Shown one piece after another: positions 19,398 to 28,858 of a stretch of 64,000 nt of DNA. The translations under genes and the position numbers were made by a program. The notes below the pieces were generated by a model, which made no database searches, was not told where the DNA came from, and was given only the letters and a program-made list of their open reading frames with translations. Origin of the DNA: Candidatus Avidehalobacter gallistercoris. GTDB lineage: Bacteria; Bacillota; Dehalobacteriia; UBA4068; UBA4997. Numbering within the stretch: position 1 is the stretch's first letter; every line of letters starts with the position of its first letter. The stretch covers positions 20 through 64,019 of the forward strand of contig DVMH01000009.1 of assembly GCA_018715045.1 (NCBI GenBank), given 5' to 3'.

Positions 19398-20483
19398 TTA
19401 TTTTATCAAATCGGGCGGCAAAACGCAAGCGTCCGCCCCAGCAAGCCCTGACAGCCAAAATTTCCGAAATGCCATCTCAGTCAGCACAAAATCACTGCCG
19501 TCCGACGCAAGAAGCCTCAGCGCACCCGGAGCAAGCTCTGCTCCCCGGATGCGCAGCCCCGGCTTATAATAAGCCAAATTCTGTCGCCGGTATCCCACCA
19601 AAGCTGCAATGTCTCGCCGATTTACAAAGCATTCCACCGCCTGCGGCAGCCTTTGCAGAGCATAAAGCAGCTTATGCCGCCAACGCAGTTCCTGCACCAG
19701 CGCACCGAACGCTGGATGATAAGGTCCCGCCACCACCTCTCGTGCGAGATCCTCCGTCGGCTGAAGCCCTGTGCGAATAACCGTTGTACCCGCTGCCTCC
19801 GCCAGCAATGTAATGTTAAGGCAGATTCGTACCGCCTCCTCCAGCGATAGCGGCAGAAAATCTCCCATGCGGTACATACGTTCACATTCAGTGCCTGCCA
19901 CCACCACCATAGGATAGATACGCAATAAATCAGGCTTAAGAGACAGAATTTGAGCCGCCCCCTGAACTGCACCGGTTGCTGTTTCACCCGGCAGCCCAGG
20001 CATCAGCTGTATCCCGCAGACAAAGCCCCACGCTTTAAGCCTTTTCACTGCCGCCAGTGAATCCGATGCCGTATGTCCCCGCCGCGCTAAGCTTAACACC
20101 TCGTCCGTCATCGATTGGACGCCCAGCTCCACTGTTCCCACACCATATTCACGCAACAGTTCCAGCTCCGACTCATCCACCGCATCTGGCCGGGTAGAAA
20201 GACGGATACCGCTAATACGCCCTGCGGCGAAAGCCTGTTTGGCCGCAGACAGATAGCTTATTTGCATATCTCTGGGTATCGCTGTAAAACTGCCGCCGTA
20301 AAAAGCCACTTCCGGCTTAGACGATGCCTGTGGGGCAAGCCGGGAAAGTATTTCGGCAACCTGCCCTGGCGTGGGAGGCAGATTTTGCCCGGCTATTTTG
20401 TGCTGCTCGCAGAAAATGCACTGGTTAGGACAACCCAAATGGGGTATAAAAAAAGGCAGAATATGCCTTCTTGCTTCCGACAT
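19398..20483 (-). CDS. radical SAM protein (ELP3-like core, no acetyltransferase domain)
   Basis: HLGCPNQCIFC carries the CxxxCxxC motif near the N-terminus. Confidence 0.8.
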   Translation of the reverse strand: MSEARRHILPFFIPHLGCPNQCIFCEQHKIAGQNLPPTPGQVAEILSRLAPQASSKPEVAFYGGSFTAIPRDMQISYLSAAKQAFAAGRISGIRLSTRPDAVDESELELLREYGVGTVELGVQSMTDEVLSLARRGHTASDSLAAVKRLKAWGFVCGIQLMPGLPGETATGAVQGAAQILSLKPDLLRIYPMVVVAGTECERMYRMGDFLPLSLEEAVRICLNITLLAEAAGTTVIRTGLQPTEDLAREVVAGPYHPAFGALVQELRWRHKLLYALQRLPQAVECFVNRRDIAALVGYRRQNLAYYKPGLRIRGAELAPGALRLLASDGSDFVLTEMAFRKFWLSGLAGADACVLPPDLIK

Positions 20484-20509
20484 AATCCACCTCTTTCCTG
20501 TTTTTAGAC

Positions 20510-21244
20510 CTATCTGCCAACTTTAGGCAACCATTCCTCACGCCGCTGCCAAGCCAACCGCGCCGCCCGCTGCTCGGCCTCCTTTTTGCTGGGGCCGGAC
20601 GCCTTAGCCAGTGTTTTGCCGCAATAAACCAACGCCACAGTGAACGTGCGCTGGTGCGAAGGACCCTCCGCAGCCAACAATGGATAGGAAACGTGCCGCT
20701 CGTCCAACGTCTGCACCAGCATTTGAATAAGCCCCTTATAGTCCTCGTAACGGTCGCCTACCTTGGCCTCAAGTTCCGGCGTGAAGCGGGTAAGCAGAAA
20801 ATCCTCCACCGGCTTAAGCCCCTGAGCCAGATATATTGCCCCAGTCACCGCTTCAAAAGCGTCAGCCAGAATAGAGTTACGGTTCTGTTCACCGTTTTTC
20901 AGGCTGCCCTTGCCCATAATGATATAAGCGCCCAAGTCAAGATCGCGAGCCAAATCGGCCAACGAACCCTCGCAGACCAGCGCCGCCCGAGTCTTGCTAA
21001 GGTAACCTTCGTCTGCGCCAGGGTTGCGTTTGAAAAGCTCACGCGCCACGATAAAGCCAAGTATTGAATCGCCCAAAAACTCCAGGCGCTGGTTATCCTG
21101 GTCGCCCTCGCTCCGCTGACCCTCAAAATATGTGGGATGAGTCAACGCCTGCTGCAAAAGAGTTGTGTCGCCCTGCCATCCCAGTTTTTTTGCCAACAAC
21201 GGCAATGCTGCCACCCGATCTTTGTTATACTCTATGGTATCCAA
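20510..21244 (-). CDS. rnc: ribonuclease III
   Basis: NQRLEFLGDSILG signature and a C-terminal dsRBD (GPSHQRTFTV..GPSKKEAEQRAA). TTG start with GAGG 8 nt upstream. Confidence 0.95.
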   Translation of the reverse strand: MDTIEYNKDRVAALPLLAKKLGWQGDTTLLQQALTHPTYFEGQRSEGDQDNQRLEFLGDSILGFIVARELFKRNPGADEGYLSKTRAALVCEGSLADLARDLDLGAYIIMGKGSLKNGEQNRNSILADAFEAVTGAIYLAQGLKPVEDFLLTRFTPELEAKVGDRYEDYKGLIQMLVQTLDERHVSYPLLAAEGPSHQRTFTVALVYCGKTLAKASGPSKKEAEQRAARLAWQRREEWLPKVGR

Positions 21245-21277
21245 TTAGTTCGCCTCGCCAACTGCCGATAAAGGCTT

Positions 21278-21508
21278 TTATTTGGTCTTTTCCTCTATAT
21301 ATTCCAACAGTTCACCCACAGTTTTCAGTCCGTCCACGTCCTCATCGTCAATCTCAATATCAAACGCTTCTTCGATAGCCATAATCATCTGCACAACCTC
21401 CAGCGAATCCAGCGCCATATCCTCAAAACTGGTACCCGACGTGATATCGCCCAAATCGCGCCCAAGCTCCTTGGTAATAGCCTGCCGCAGCATTTCCAAA
21501 GTGTCCAT
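21278..21508 (-). CDS. acpP: acyl carrier protein
   Basis: 76 aa with the DSL phosphopantetheine site (DMALDSLEVVQMIMAIEEAF). Confidence 0.9.
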   Translation of the reverse strand: MDTLEMLRQAITKELGRDLGDITSGTSFEDMALDSLEVVQMIMAIEEAFDIEIDDEDVDGLKTVGELLEYIEEKTK

Positions 21509-21529
21509 AATTCTGCCTCCTCCAAACGT

Positions 21530-22522
21530 TTATTCATTAAAAAAATCCGCTGCCTGTTTGCGCAGCTGTTCAACAAAATTACTGTTATATAGCTTAAGAG
21601 TCTGAGCCACAGCACTCTTGATAGTTTCAGCGTCGGAGCTGCCATGGCAGACCACACTTATACCGTTAACACCCAAGAGGGGAGCGCCGCCAATTTTCTT
21701 ATAATCCAGCATTTCTTTCAGATTCTTCAGACCCGGCATAACCAAGGCCGCACCAATTTTGCGCATAACGCCAGCAGTCAGTTCCTGCTTTAGCAGCGAG
21801 AGCAGCGTCCGCGCCAGCCCCTCGGAGGTTTTCAGCACAGCGTTGCCGGTAAAGCCATCTGTAACGATAACATCGCAGTTACCGCTCATAATTTCCCGCG
21901 CCTCATAGTTGCCGATGAAGTTCAGCCTGGATTGTTTCAGTAATTGGTGAGCCGCCACCAGCTTATCTGTTCCCTTATGCTCTTCGGTGCCGTTATTCAA
22001 AAGACCAACAGTCGGGTTCTCACGGGAGAGCAACATTTCCGCTGCCACCTTGCCCAGCAGTGCAAATTGCAGATACTGCTCCGGCTCCAGCTCCAGATTA
22101 GCGCCGATATCAAAAAGTACCGAACCGCCCTTAAGCGTGGGAAAAACGGTACAGATACCAGGACGTGTTATGCCAGGTATACGCCCCAGCAACAGCAAAG
22201 CCGCCGCCATCTGCGCCCCCGTGCTGCCAGCTGAGATAACCGCATCCGCGCGCCCTTCCTTAACCATTTTTGTAGCAACCCAGATAGAGCTGTCGCGCTT
22301 TTTGCGCAGGTTTTCCACCGATTCGTCCATCGCCATCACGCTGGCAGCTTCCTCAATCACCACATTCAGTGGCAGCGTGCTTTCGGCAGGCAGCTTTTCC
22401 CGCTGACCCACCAGAATTATCTGCACATCACTATACGCCGCGGCTGCTTTGATCGAGCCCTGCACCAGCGCGTCAGGCGCCAAATCTCCGCCCATAGCAT
22501 CGACCGCAATTCTAACTGTCAA
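21530..22522 (-). CDS. plsX: phosphate acyltransferase PlsX
   Basis: RIAVDAMGGDLAP.. N-terminus, 330 aa. TTG start with GGAGG 8 nt upstream. Confidence 0.95.
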   Translation of the reverse strand: MTVRIAVDAMGGDLAPDALVQGSIKAAAAYSDVQIILVGQREKLPAESTLPLNVVIEEAASVMAMDESVENLRKKRDSSIWVATKMVKEGRADAVISAGSTGAQMAAALLLLGRIPGITRPGICTVFPTLKGGSVLFDIGANLELEPEQYLQFALLGKVAAEMLLSRENPTVGLLNNGTEEHKGTDKLVAAHQLLKQSRLNFIGNYEAREIMSGNCDVIVTDGFTGNAVLKTSEGLARTLLSLLKQELTAGVMRKIGAALVMPGLKNLKEMLDYKKIGGAPLLGVNGISVVCHGSSDAETIKSAVAQTLKLYNSNFVEQLRKQAADFFNE

Positions 22523-22564
22523 AACAATTTCCTCCTTATAATAGTACCCTGATAGCCTGGTTTA

Positions 22565-23530
22565 TTACGTATTAAGCAACGCGGCAAACTGACTCAAGCT
22601 GATATTCTGATCAACGTTGCGCCTGTTCAACCGGAAAGGATCACTGTTCTTGTTGATAGTACCGCTTGCAGTAGTCACCGCCACCAGAAAATTGTTCTGG
22701 TTCAAAGCGTTCACCACGTTACTGTCCACCACACCATAGGGATAAGCAAAATAATTGACCGGGGCGCCCAACTGCCCCTCCAAAATGTCTTTTGAACGCC
22801 GCAAATCCTGCGTTATACGCTCAATATATTCGGCGGCAGTCTCTTTGCGCCCTTCCTCTGGCAAATACATACGGGAAACAAAGAATTTGTCCTGGCTGCC
22901 GTTCGCGTTTGTGACAATCATGCCGTGACCGTTATAACTGTGGCTGCCGATCTCTACCAGACCAGAATCCTGCATTTCCTGCATTTGGGCAAAAGTCAGG
23001 TGCGGAATATTCTGGTCTGCACCTGACTCGACCTGTACGGTGGATACCACCACTGCCGCTACCGTCGCCTTAAGCTCATACTTTTTCAGCAACGGATAAG
23101 CCAGCAGATAATTGCTCTCATAACCGTCGTCAAACGTGATAATCACCGATTTTTCCGGGAAAGGCAGCGCGTTATAAAGCATACCTGCCGCCTCCGACAT
23201 GGTAAAAGTCTGATATCCGTGCGCCGCGAGGTAAGCCATTTCTTCCTCAAACTGACCGAGCGAAATGATCGCATTGTTGCCCTCGTACTGCCCCGTAGCA
23301 AAATCATCATCCTCCACGATATGATGATACATCAGCACCACCGCGCCATAATCCTTGTCCGTGTAATATTCCGGCACCAGCGGGATATTGAGCGGAGCCT
23401 CTTCCACAGCGGTATCCAAGCCGTAAATCGTCCAACAGCTACCAGCGCCCCACAGTGCTGCCAGCACCAACGCACACACCACGGCCAGAAACGCCGCATA
23501 TTTAGCTTTATGCAAAATAATCGTCTGCAA
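22565..23530 (-). CDS. membrane-anchored polysaccharide deacetylase (NodB domain)
   Basis: N-terminal TM segment, IITFDDGYESNY and GSHSYNGH motifs. The start is either GTG 23539 or, with better SD spacing, TTG 23530. Confidence 0.8.
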   Translation of the reverse strand: MQTIILHKAKYAAFLAVVCALVLAALWGAGSCWTIYGLDTAVEEAPLNIPLVPEYYTDKDYGAVVLMYHHIVEDDDFATGQYEGNNAIISLGQFEEEMAYLAAHGYQTFTMSEAAGMLYNALPFPEKSVIITFDDGYESNYLLAYPLLKKYELKATVAAVVVSTVQVESGADQNIPHLTFAQMQEMQDSGLVEIGSHSYNGHGMIVTNANGSQDKFFVSRMYLPEEGRKETAAEYIERITQDLRRSKDILEGQLGAPVNYFAYPYGVVDSNVVNALNQNNFLVAVTTASGTINKNSDPFRLNRRNVDQNISLSQFAALLNT

Positions 23531-23585
23531 AATTTTCACCTCAAATATACTATACGCTATGTCTCCTGCCGACGGCTTTGTTGAT

Positions 23586-23614
23586 ATTCTATCACAACCA
23601 TTACCACTTTACAA
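23586..23614 (-). promoter_or_regulatory. candidate extended -10 promoter for the deacetylase gene
   Basis: Minus strand reads TTGTAA (23614-23609), 17-nt spacer ending in TGa, then TAGAAT (23591-23586). Confidence 0.35.
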
Positions 23615-23743
23615 CGCATAAATGCCATGCCAGGCAAAATTTTTTAATATTACCTGAAAACTTAGAAAGTTTTTGACGAGGTATTGATAAAACTTTCTCA
23701 ATTAATCAGTGCGAAAAGAAACAAAAGAATGAATCACAGGCAG

Positions 23744-23779
23744 AAAAAAGCCTCCTACCCACGGTTGGATAAGAGGCTT
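23744..23779 (-). terminator. terminator after rpmF
   Basis: AAGCCTC / GAGGCTT stem with a large loop; on the minus strand it is followed by TTTTTT. Confidence 0.45.
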
Positions 23780-23803
23780 ACGCTATATGCCTTTTTCTGC
23801 TTA

Positions 23804-24022
23804 TTAAGCCTTGGCAGCTTCAGTGTTATCTACCTTTTCCGCCTTGACCTGCTTCACCGGACGGCCCTTATAATAGCCACATTCCGGGCAAGCGTGGTGC
23901 GGCAGCTTCAGCGCGCCGCATTGCGGACACAGTGACACAGCGTTCGCGGCAAAATCAGCGTAACGACCGGCACGATTCATACGGCGATTCGCCTTGGAAG
24001 TTTTATTCTTCGGTACACCCAT
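23804..24022 (-). CDS. rpmF: 50S ribosomal protein L32
   Basis: MGVPKNKTSKANRRMNRA.. and the CPQCG..CPECG zinc ribbon. Sits downstream of a DUF177 gene, as usual. Confidence 0.9.
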   Translation of the reverse strand: MGVPKNKTSKANRRMNRAGRYADFAANAVSLCPQCGALKLPHHACPECGYYKGRPVKQVKAEKVDNTEAAKA

Positions 24023-24025
24023 TAT

Positions 24026-24550
24026 TTACACCTCCTCATCATCATTCATCGCAGTAAAAAGCGTTTTTAACTTTTCCAGACGCCAATCAACGTCGTCATG
24101 TTTACAGACGCAATCACTTTTGTTCAAATCAGTGCCGCAGCCTGGACAAAGCCCACGGCAGTCCGACTGACAAAGTGGGTGCATGGGAATTTCCAGAAAC
24201 AGCGCTTTCAATAGCGCAGGGGTGATATCAAGCTCGTCCCCGGTGAAAAAGCTGACCTCGTCGTCCTCAGAACGAGCCTCCTCACGGTTGGTGAAAGCCT
24301 CATCCACCGAAACTGTGAAACTCTGCCGAAAAGATGTCAGACACCGTGCACAAACCAGCTCCAGTTCCGCCGTCATCTCGCCATTCAGATGAAAATACGG
24401 CATGGCGTGCTCGATCGTGCCACGAAACTCTACAGGTGCGGTCAACACCAGTTCGCCATAACCATAGCCAGCGGCGTCAATCGTTTCCATAACAGATAAA
24501 GCTTCCAGCTTTTCCGCAGTACTTTTAATTTTTGTTACGTTGATTAACAT
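24026..24550 (-). CDS. YceD/DUF177 family protein
   Basis: ORF trimmed to ATG 24550. C-terminal CQSDCRGLCPGCGTDLN motif and position upstream of rpmF. Confidence 0.8.
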   Translation of the reverse strand: MLINVTKIKSTAEKLEALSVMETIDAAGYGYGELVLTAPVEFRGTIEHAMPYFHLNGEMTAELELVCARCLTSFRQSFTVSVDEAFTNREEARSEDDEVSFFTGDELDITPALLKALFLEIPMHPLCQSDCRGLCPGCGTDLNKSDCVCKHDDVDWRLEKLKTLFTAMNDDEEV

Positions 24551-24657
24551 AGCTGTTATTATACAGGAAGCGACGCTGTCTGTCAATAATAAATAACCAA
24601 ATATGGTCATTTATTCACAAAAAAATTAAGGCCGGCACTTCTGCCGACCCGCCATGT

Positions 24658-25899
24658 TTATAGCAAATTGTTATGTAAAACGACTTCCCGGGTATCGCGG
24701 GCAATCATTAATTCCTCGTTGGTGTGGATAACAAACACCTTAACCTTTGATTCCGGCGTTGATATCAGGCGGAAATCGCCTTCCGCACTGTTGATGGTCC
24801 AATCCAGTTCCACGCCAATATACGCTAGCCGTTTGCAGATAGCTTTGCGCATTTCCGCATCATTTTCGCCCATGCCGGCGGTGAATACTATCGCATCCAC
24901 CCCCTCCAGCAGCATGACATAGCCGCCAATCAGCTTGATCATTTGGTGATAAAGCATATCTACAGCCAACTTGCTGCGCTTGTGGCCGTTGCCCATGGCT
25001 TTTCTGATATCACGCATATCGCTGCTGATACCGGAGATACCGAGCAGACCGCATTTTTTGTTCAGATAATCGCTGATCTGAGTAAAATCCCAGCCCTCTT
25101 TCTGCATCAGAAAGGTGACACAGGAAGGATCGATCGTGCCGCAGCGAGTGCCCATCATAATGCCCTCCAACGGCGTAAAGCCCATTGATGTATCGACCAC
25201 CTTACCGCCCTTGATAGCTGTCAGGCTGATACCGTTGCCCATGTGACAGGTGATAATGCGGGTCTCCTCACGCGGCTTGCCAAGCAATTCTATCACCTGA
25301 TTGCAGACGTAACGGTGCGACGTACCATGGAAACCATAGCGCCGCACATTGTATTTTTCGTACATTTCATAGCTTAAGGGATACATATAAGCTTCCGGCG
25401 CCATCGTCTGATGAAATGCCGTGTCAAAAACAGCCACATTGGGAACGCCCGGGATTTCCTTTTGACAAGCACGCACACCTTCCAGCGCCGGCGGATTATG
25501 CAACGGAGCCAGATCGCTTAATTCCTCCAACTTTTGCAAAATTTCCGGCGTTATCTCCACAGCCTCGCTGAAGCAGTCACCGCCGTGGACAATACGGTGC
25601 CCTACCGCGCTGATCTCGCTCAAATCATGGATAACGCCGAGGTCAGGATGCGTAAGCAATGTGGTCACCATAGTCAACGCCTCATTGTGGTTCTGTATAG
25701 GGCGCTCAATGGTATCTGTCTTCTTGCGGTGCTCAATACCAAGGCTGGTTTCCATATCGTGATATACGGTGTGCTCCACAAAAGCGTCAGGCATACTAAT
25801 CTTTTCCACCACACCTTTGGCCACTGCCCTTTCAGTGTTGGTATTGAAAAGTTGGTATTTTAATGAGGAGCTACCGGAATTTAAGACCAGTATTAACAT
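24658..25899 (-). CDS. ackA: acetate kinase
   Basis: ORF trimmed to ATG 25899. MLILVLNSGSSSLKYQLF.., ..GHRIVHGG.., ..YGFHGTSH... Confidence 0.95.
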   Translation of the reverse strand: MLILVLNSGSSSLKYQLFNTNTERAVAKGVVEKISMPDAFVEHTVYHDMETSLGIEHRKKTDTIERPIQNHNEALTMVTTLLTHPDLGVIHDLSEISAVGHRIVHGGDCFSEAVEITPEILQKLEELSDLAPLHNPPALEGVRACQKEIPGVPNVAVFDTAFHQTMAPEAYMYPLSYEMYEKYNVRRYGFHGTSHRYVCNQVIELLGKPREETRIITCHMGNGISLTAIKGGKVVDTSMGFTPLEGIMMGTRCGTIDPSCVTFLMQKEGWDFTQISDYLNKKCGLLGISGISSDMRDIRKAMGNGHKRSKLAVDMLYHQMIKLIGGYVMLLEGVDAIVFTAGMGENDAEMRKAICKRLAYIGVELDWTINSAEGDFRLISTPESKVKVFVIHTNEELMIARDTREVVLHNNLL

Positions 25900-26028
25900 T
25901 GCGATCTCCCTTCCCGCCCGCAGCATGACCGCGCGGCTCGGCAAAAATTCTCAAGCCCGGCGGCATATTCGCCATTCCCGGCCAATATATGTTTATGATA
26001 ACTTTCATTATTTTAAGGCGGCAAATGT

Positions 26029-27192
26029 ATGAATATTTTTTATATTTTGCTCGTTATGGCAACACTTTTAGCCATACTGCTGGAGCCGCAGGCAGCGCTC
26101 TCGGCCGCGCAGGGAACCCTCAACAGCTGGTGGAGCAAGGTGCTGCCAGCCCTGCTGCCATTTTTTATCGCCAGTGAGCTTTTAAGCCGCCTTGGGCTGA
26201 TACGCGCCCTAAGCGTTTGGCTTGCGCCTGTGATGCAGCCCTTGTTCCGGCTGCCGGGTGCAGCATCGCTATCGCTGTTGCTTGGCTTTTTTTCCGGATC
26301 GCCCACGGGAGGCGCAATAGCTGCGGAACTCAGAAGACAACACCTGCTGACCAAAAACGAGGGCGAGCGTGTACTGGCTTTTTGCAATAACGCGGGTCCA
26401 CTTTATCTTCTGATCACTGTAGCCGCCCTGCTGGAAGCCCCGGCAGCAGGCCTTTGGCTGGCCCTGGTACAGTATCCCGTCAATCTGACGCTGGGACTTT
26501 TGCTACGCTTTTTTGCTGAAAAACAGGCGCAAACGCCCCTGCCCCGTGTTACACGCGGCGCGTTATTACGCCAGGGGCTGCTAGCGCTTAAAGAAGCGCC
26601 GCGCCAGCCGTTCAGCTTGATCTTAAAGGAAAGTTCGATGAAAGCGCTCAGTAATATCGGAATGATCGGCGCTTTTATGCTGTGCTTCAGCCTGTTATTG
26701 CTGACGCTCAGGATTTCCGGTCTGCTCGGTCTGCTGCAAATGGCTCTTTTGCCGCTTTGCAGACTGTTTGGCCTGCCGGAAAGCCTACTGCCCGGCTTAA
26801 GCGAAGGTTTTTTTGAGATGACACTGGGAATACAGACGCTAAGCGAAGCCAACGCCGAACTGTTTGCCAAAGTTTTGGCTGCTGCGATAATACTCGGCTG
26901 GAGTGGTCTGTCCATTCATGCACAGATTGCCGGTGTTTGCAGCAATGAGAAACTATCGCTAAAATATTACTTGCCGTGCCGCATCATTCACTCTTTGAGC
27001 GCACCTCTGCTGCTGCTTTTGCTGCAAGACTACATGGAACTGCCGGGCAGCACATTTTCCGGAGTGGCGTTACCGGAATGGCTGCTGCTGCCAGGGTTAA
27101 TGCTACTGCCCGCGTTTATCGGCTTAGGCATATTACTGGCTATAGCGTTTTGTCTGTGCCGCAGGGATCAATCCTCCGCGTCCGGCTGCTGA
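26029..27192 (+). CDS. ylbJ: sporulation integral membrane protein YlbJ-like (nucleoside-recognition/gate domain)
   Basis: Multi-TM protein of 387 aa. ..LLGFFSGSPTGGAIAAEL.. and the neighbourhood with rsmD (ylbH) parallel the B. subtilis ylb cluster. Confidence 0.7.
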   Translation: MNIFYILLVMATLLAILLEPQAALSAAQGTLNSWWSKVLPALLPFFIASELLSRLGLIRALSVWLAPVMQPLFRLPGAASLSLLLGFFSGSPTGGAIAAELRRQHLLTKNEGERVLAFCNNAGPLYLLITVAALLEAPAAGLWLALVQYPVNLTLGLLLRFFAEKQAQTPLPRVTRGALLRQGLLALKEAPRQPFSLILKESSMKALSNIGMIGAFMLCFSLLLLTLRISGLLGLLQMALLPLCRLFGLPESLLPGLSEGFFEMTLGIQTLSEANAELFAKVLAAAIILGWSGLSIHAQIAGVCSNEKLSLKYYLPCRIIHSLSAPLLLLLLQDYMELPGSTFSGVALPEWLLLPGLMLLPAFIGLGILLAIAFCLCRRDQSSASGC

Positions 27193-27698
27193 TTCTGCTC
27201 AAAGTTGGCCCGGGTGCTTTTTAGAGCTGCTGCCACTTTGTCCAAATTGGCTTCTAAATGAGTCAGCAAGCTGTCAACATAGGCTTCGGCGTCGTCAATC
27301 ATCTGGTTGGCCTGCTCGTTGTATTTGTTGACCATGTTCTCGCCGTATTCGGTAGCCTCCTGTACGATCTTTTCAGCCTCCTGTTGCGCCATTTTGACGA
27401 TTTCCGTCTCCTGCACTATACGCTCAGCCTCGGCGCGGGCTTCGTCCAGCATACTCTTGCCACGGGCTTCAATGCTCTCCAGAATTTTATCGCTCTGATC
27501 CAGCACCTGTTTGGCCTGTTTCATTTCCTCCGGCAATTTAGCATTGATTTTATCGACAATTTCCAAAATATAATTGCCGTCCACCATCACTTTGCCGGTC
27601 AGCGGCACACGAGAGCTTTTGTCAATGTACTCGACCAATTCTTCCAAAATAGTACTAATGTTGCCTTCACTCAAGCTGTCATTTCTTTCAAAATCCAT
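27168..27698 (-). CDS. coiled-coil protein (ATP synthase b / V-ATPase G-like repeats), function unknown
   Basis: 176 aa, strong SD (AGGAGG), E/A/Q-rich heptad-like sequence. Its 3' end overlaps ylbJ convergently by 25 nt. Confidence 0.6.
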   Translation of the reverse strand: MDFERNDSLSEGNISTILEELVEYIDKSSRVPLTGKVMVDGNYILEIVDKINAKLPEEMKQAKQVLDQSDKILESIEARGKSMLDEARAEAERIVQETEIVKMAQQEAEKIVQEATEYGENMVNKYNEQANQMIDDAEAYVDSLLTHLEANLDKVAAALKSTRANFEQNQQPDAED

Positions 27699-27773
27699 AA
27701 TAAGATACCTCCTGTAAGCGTTTCCAAACTGTATATCACAAACTATATGTCAAAGAAGCCGTAAAGCCTCACT

Positions 27774-28313
27774 TCAACCGATACCATAATAATAAATCGC
27801 CGTATCGCCGTATACCCGGCTTTTGTAAAGCTGCCAACGCCCGTCCGTGAACAATTCCGGCTCTTTGGAGGATGTCTCCAACATTACCAGAGCGCCCTCG
27901 TTTAAGAATCCCATCGAGAGCAGTTGCGGCTCGATTTTTGTGATCAGCCCCCGGTTATAGGGTGGATCCAGCAGCACAATATCAAAGCCGGAAAGCGTTT
28001 GCATCACATGGTTCGTATCACCCGCCAACACCTGCGCCGGCTGATTAAAGCCGCAAGCGAAAATGTTTTTACGCAAAACATCCAGTGCCCGGCGGTCTTT
28101 TTCGATAAAAACAGCGGCAGCAGCGCCGCGGGATAAAGCCTCCAGCCCAAGCGCCCCGCTGCCAGCAAAAGCGTCCAGCACTTTTGCCCCTTCTATATAG
28201 GGCGCAAGTGCGCTGAAAATGGCTTCGCGCACGCGCTCCGTCGTCGGCCTGGTATTCATACCTTTAGGCGCCAGCAGCGTTTTGCCATGAGCAGCGCCGG
28301 AAACTATACGCAT
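27774..28313 (-). CDS. rsmD: 16S rRNA (guanine966-N2)-methyltransferase
   Basis: ORF trimmed to ATG 28313. VLDAFAGSGALGLEALSRGA SAM motif and the LDPPY motif. Confidence 0.85.
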   Translation of the reverse strand: MRIVSGAAHGKTLLAPKGMNTRPTTERVREAIFSALAPYIEGAKVLDAFAGSGALGLEALSRGAAAAVFIEKDRRALDVLRKNIFACGFNQPAQVLAGDTNHVMQTLSGFDIVLLDPPYNRGLITKIEPQLLSMGFLNEGALVMLETSSKEPELFTDGRWQLYKSRVYGDTAIYYYGIG

Positions 28314-28480
28314 GGCAAAACCTCCGCCCCGCCGTTTCGGCATAATCATACATAAATAGTATAGCACATCAAGAAGGTATTTGTAAAATATAAATATTTA
28401 GCAAAGAGGTATAAGTGAACGTTTTGGGCACAAAATATGAATGATTATCCACCAAAGGATAATCTTCCTCTCCCAAATAA

Positions 28481-28516
28481 ACAGAAATCCGCCCAGTGTG
28501 TTGGGCGGATTTCTGT
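28481..28516 (-). terminator. rho-independent terminator after the small zinc-ribbon gene
   Basis: ACAGAAATCCGCCCA / TGGGCGGATTTCTGT, a 15-bp stem, followed by a T-rich run on the minus strand. Confidence 0.65.
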
Positions 28517-28534
28517 TATGTTACGGCGTTCGGC

Positions 28535-28693
28535 TTAAATTCTTTCAACCTGCTTTTTAGCCTCGTAAACGGCGGATCTCTGACAGGCAGGGCAGATGAT
28601 GACAGGTTTTTTGCCCTCGCGCACCGCCTCGAAATTTTTGTCCATCTTGTTGATTTCCATTTTTTTACCGCAAAGCGCGCAACGAATTTCCAT
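28535..28693 (-). CDS. small zinc-ribbon protein (YlaI/DUF2197-like), 52 aa
   Basis: The long ORF 28535..28975 is implausible upstream. ATG 28693 has GGGAGGTG 5 nt upstream. MEIRCALCGKKMEINK..VIICPACQ has two CxxC pairs. Confidence 0.6.
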   Translation of the reverse strand: MEIRCALCGKKMEINKMDKNFEAVREGKKPVIICPACQRSAVYEAKKQVERI

Positions 28694-28858
28694 CAACTCA
28701 CCTCCCAGCAGAATAAATCGGCGGCTTATCAGCAAAAATAAACCTGTTATAATAAATTCGCGCCGCCCGCGGCTTCTTCCTGCCAAACAGTGTTTTTTCG
28801 CACAATTTTTTTGGCAAAACGCCCGGAAGCGGCTGATGGGAGGCCGGCAAAGCAAACC

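Noticed and set aside
23663-23699. 10-bp inverted repeat TAGAAAGTTTT..AAAACTTTCT between rpmF and the deacetylase gene
   Set aside because: It is most simply a second, weak terminator or an insulator hairpin. Nothing distinguishes it as a regulatory site.
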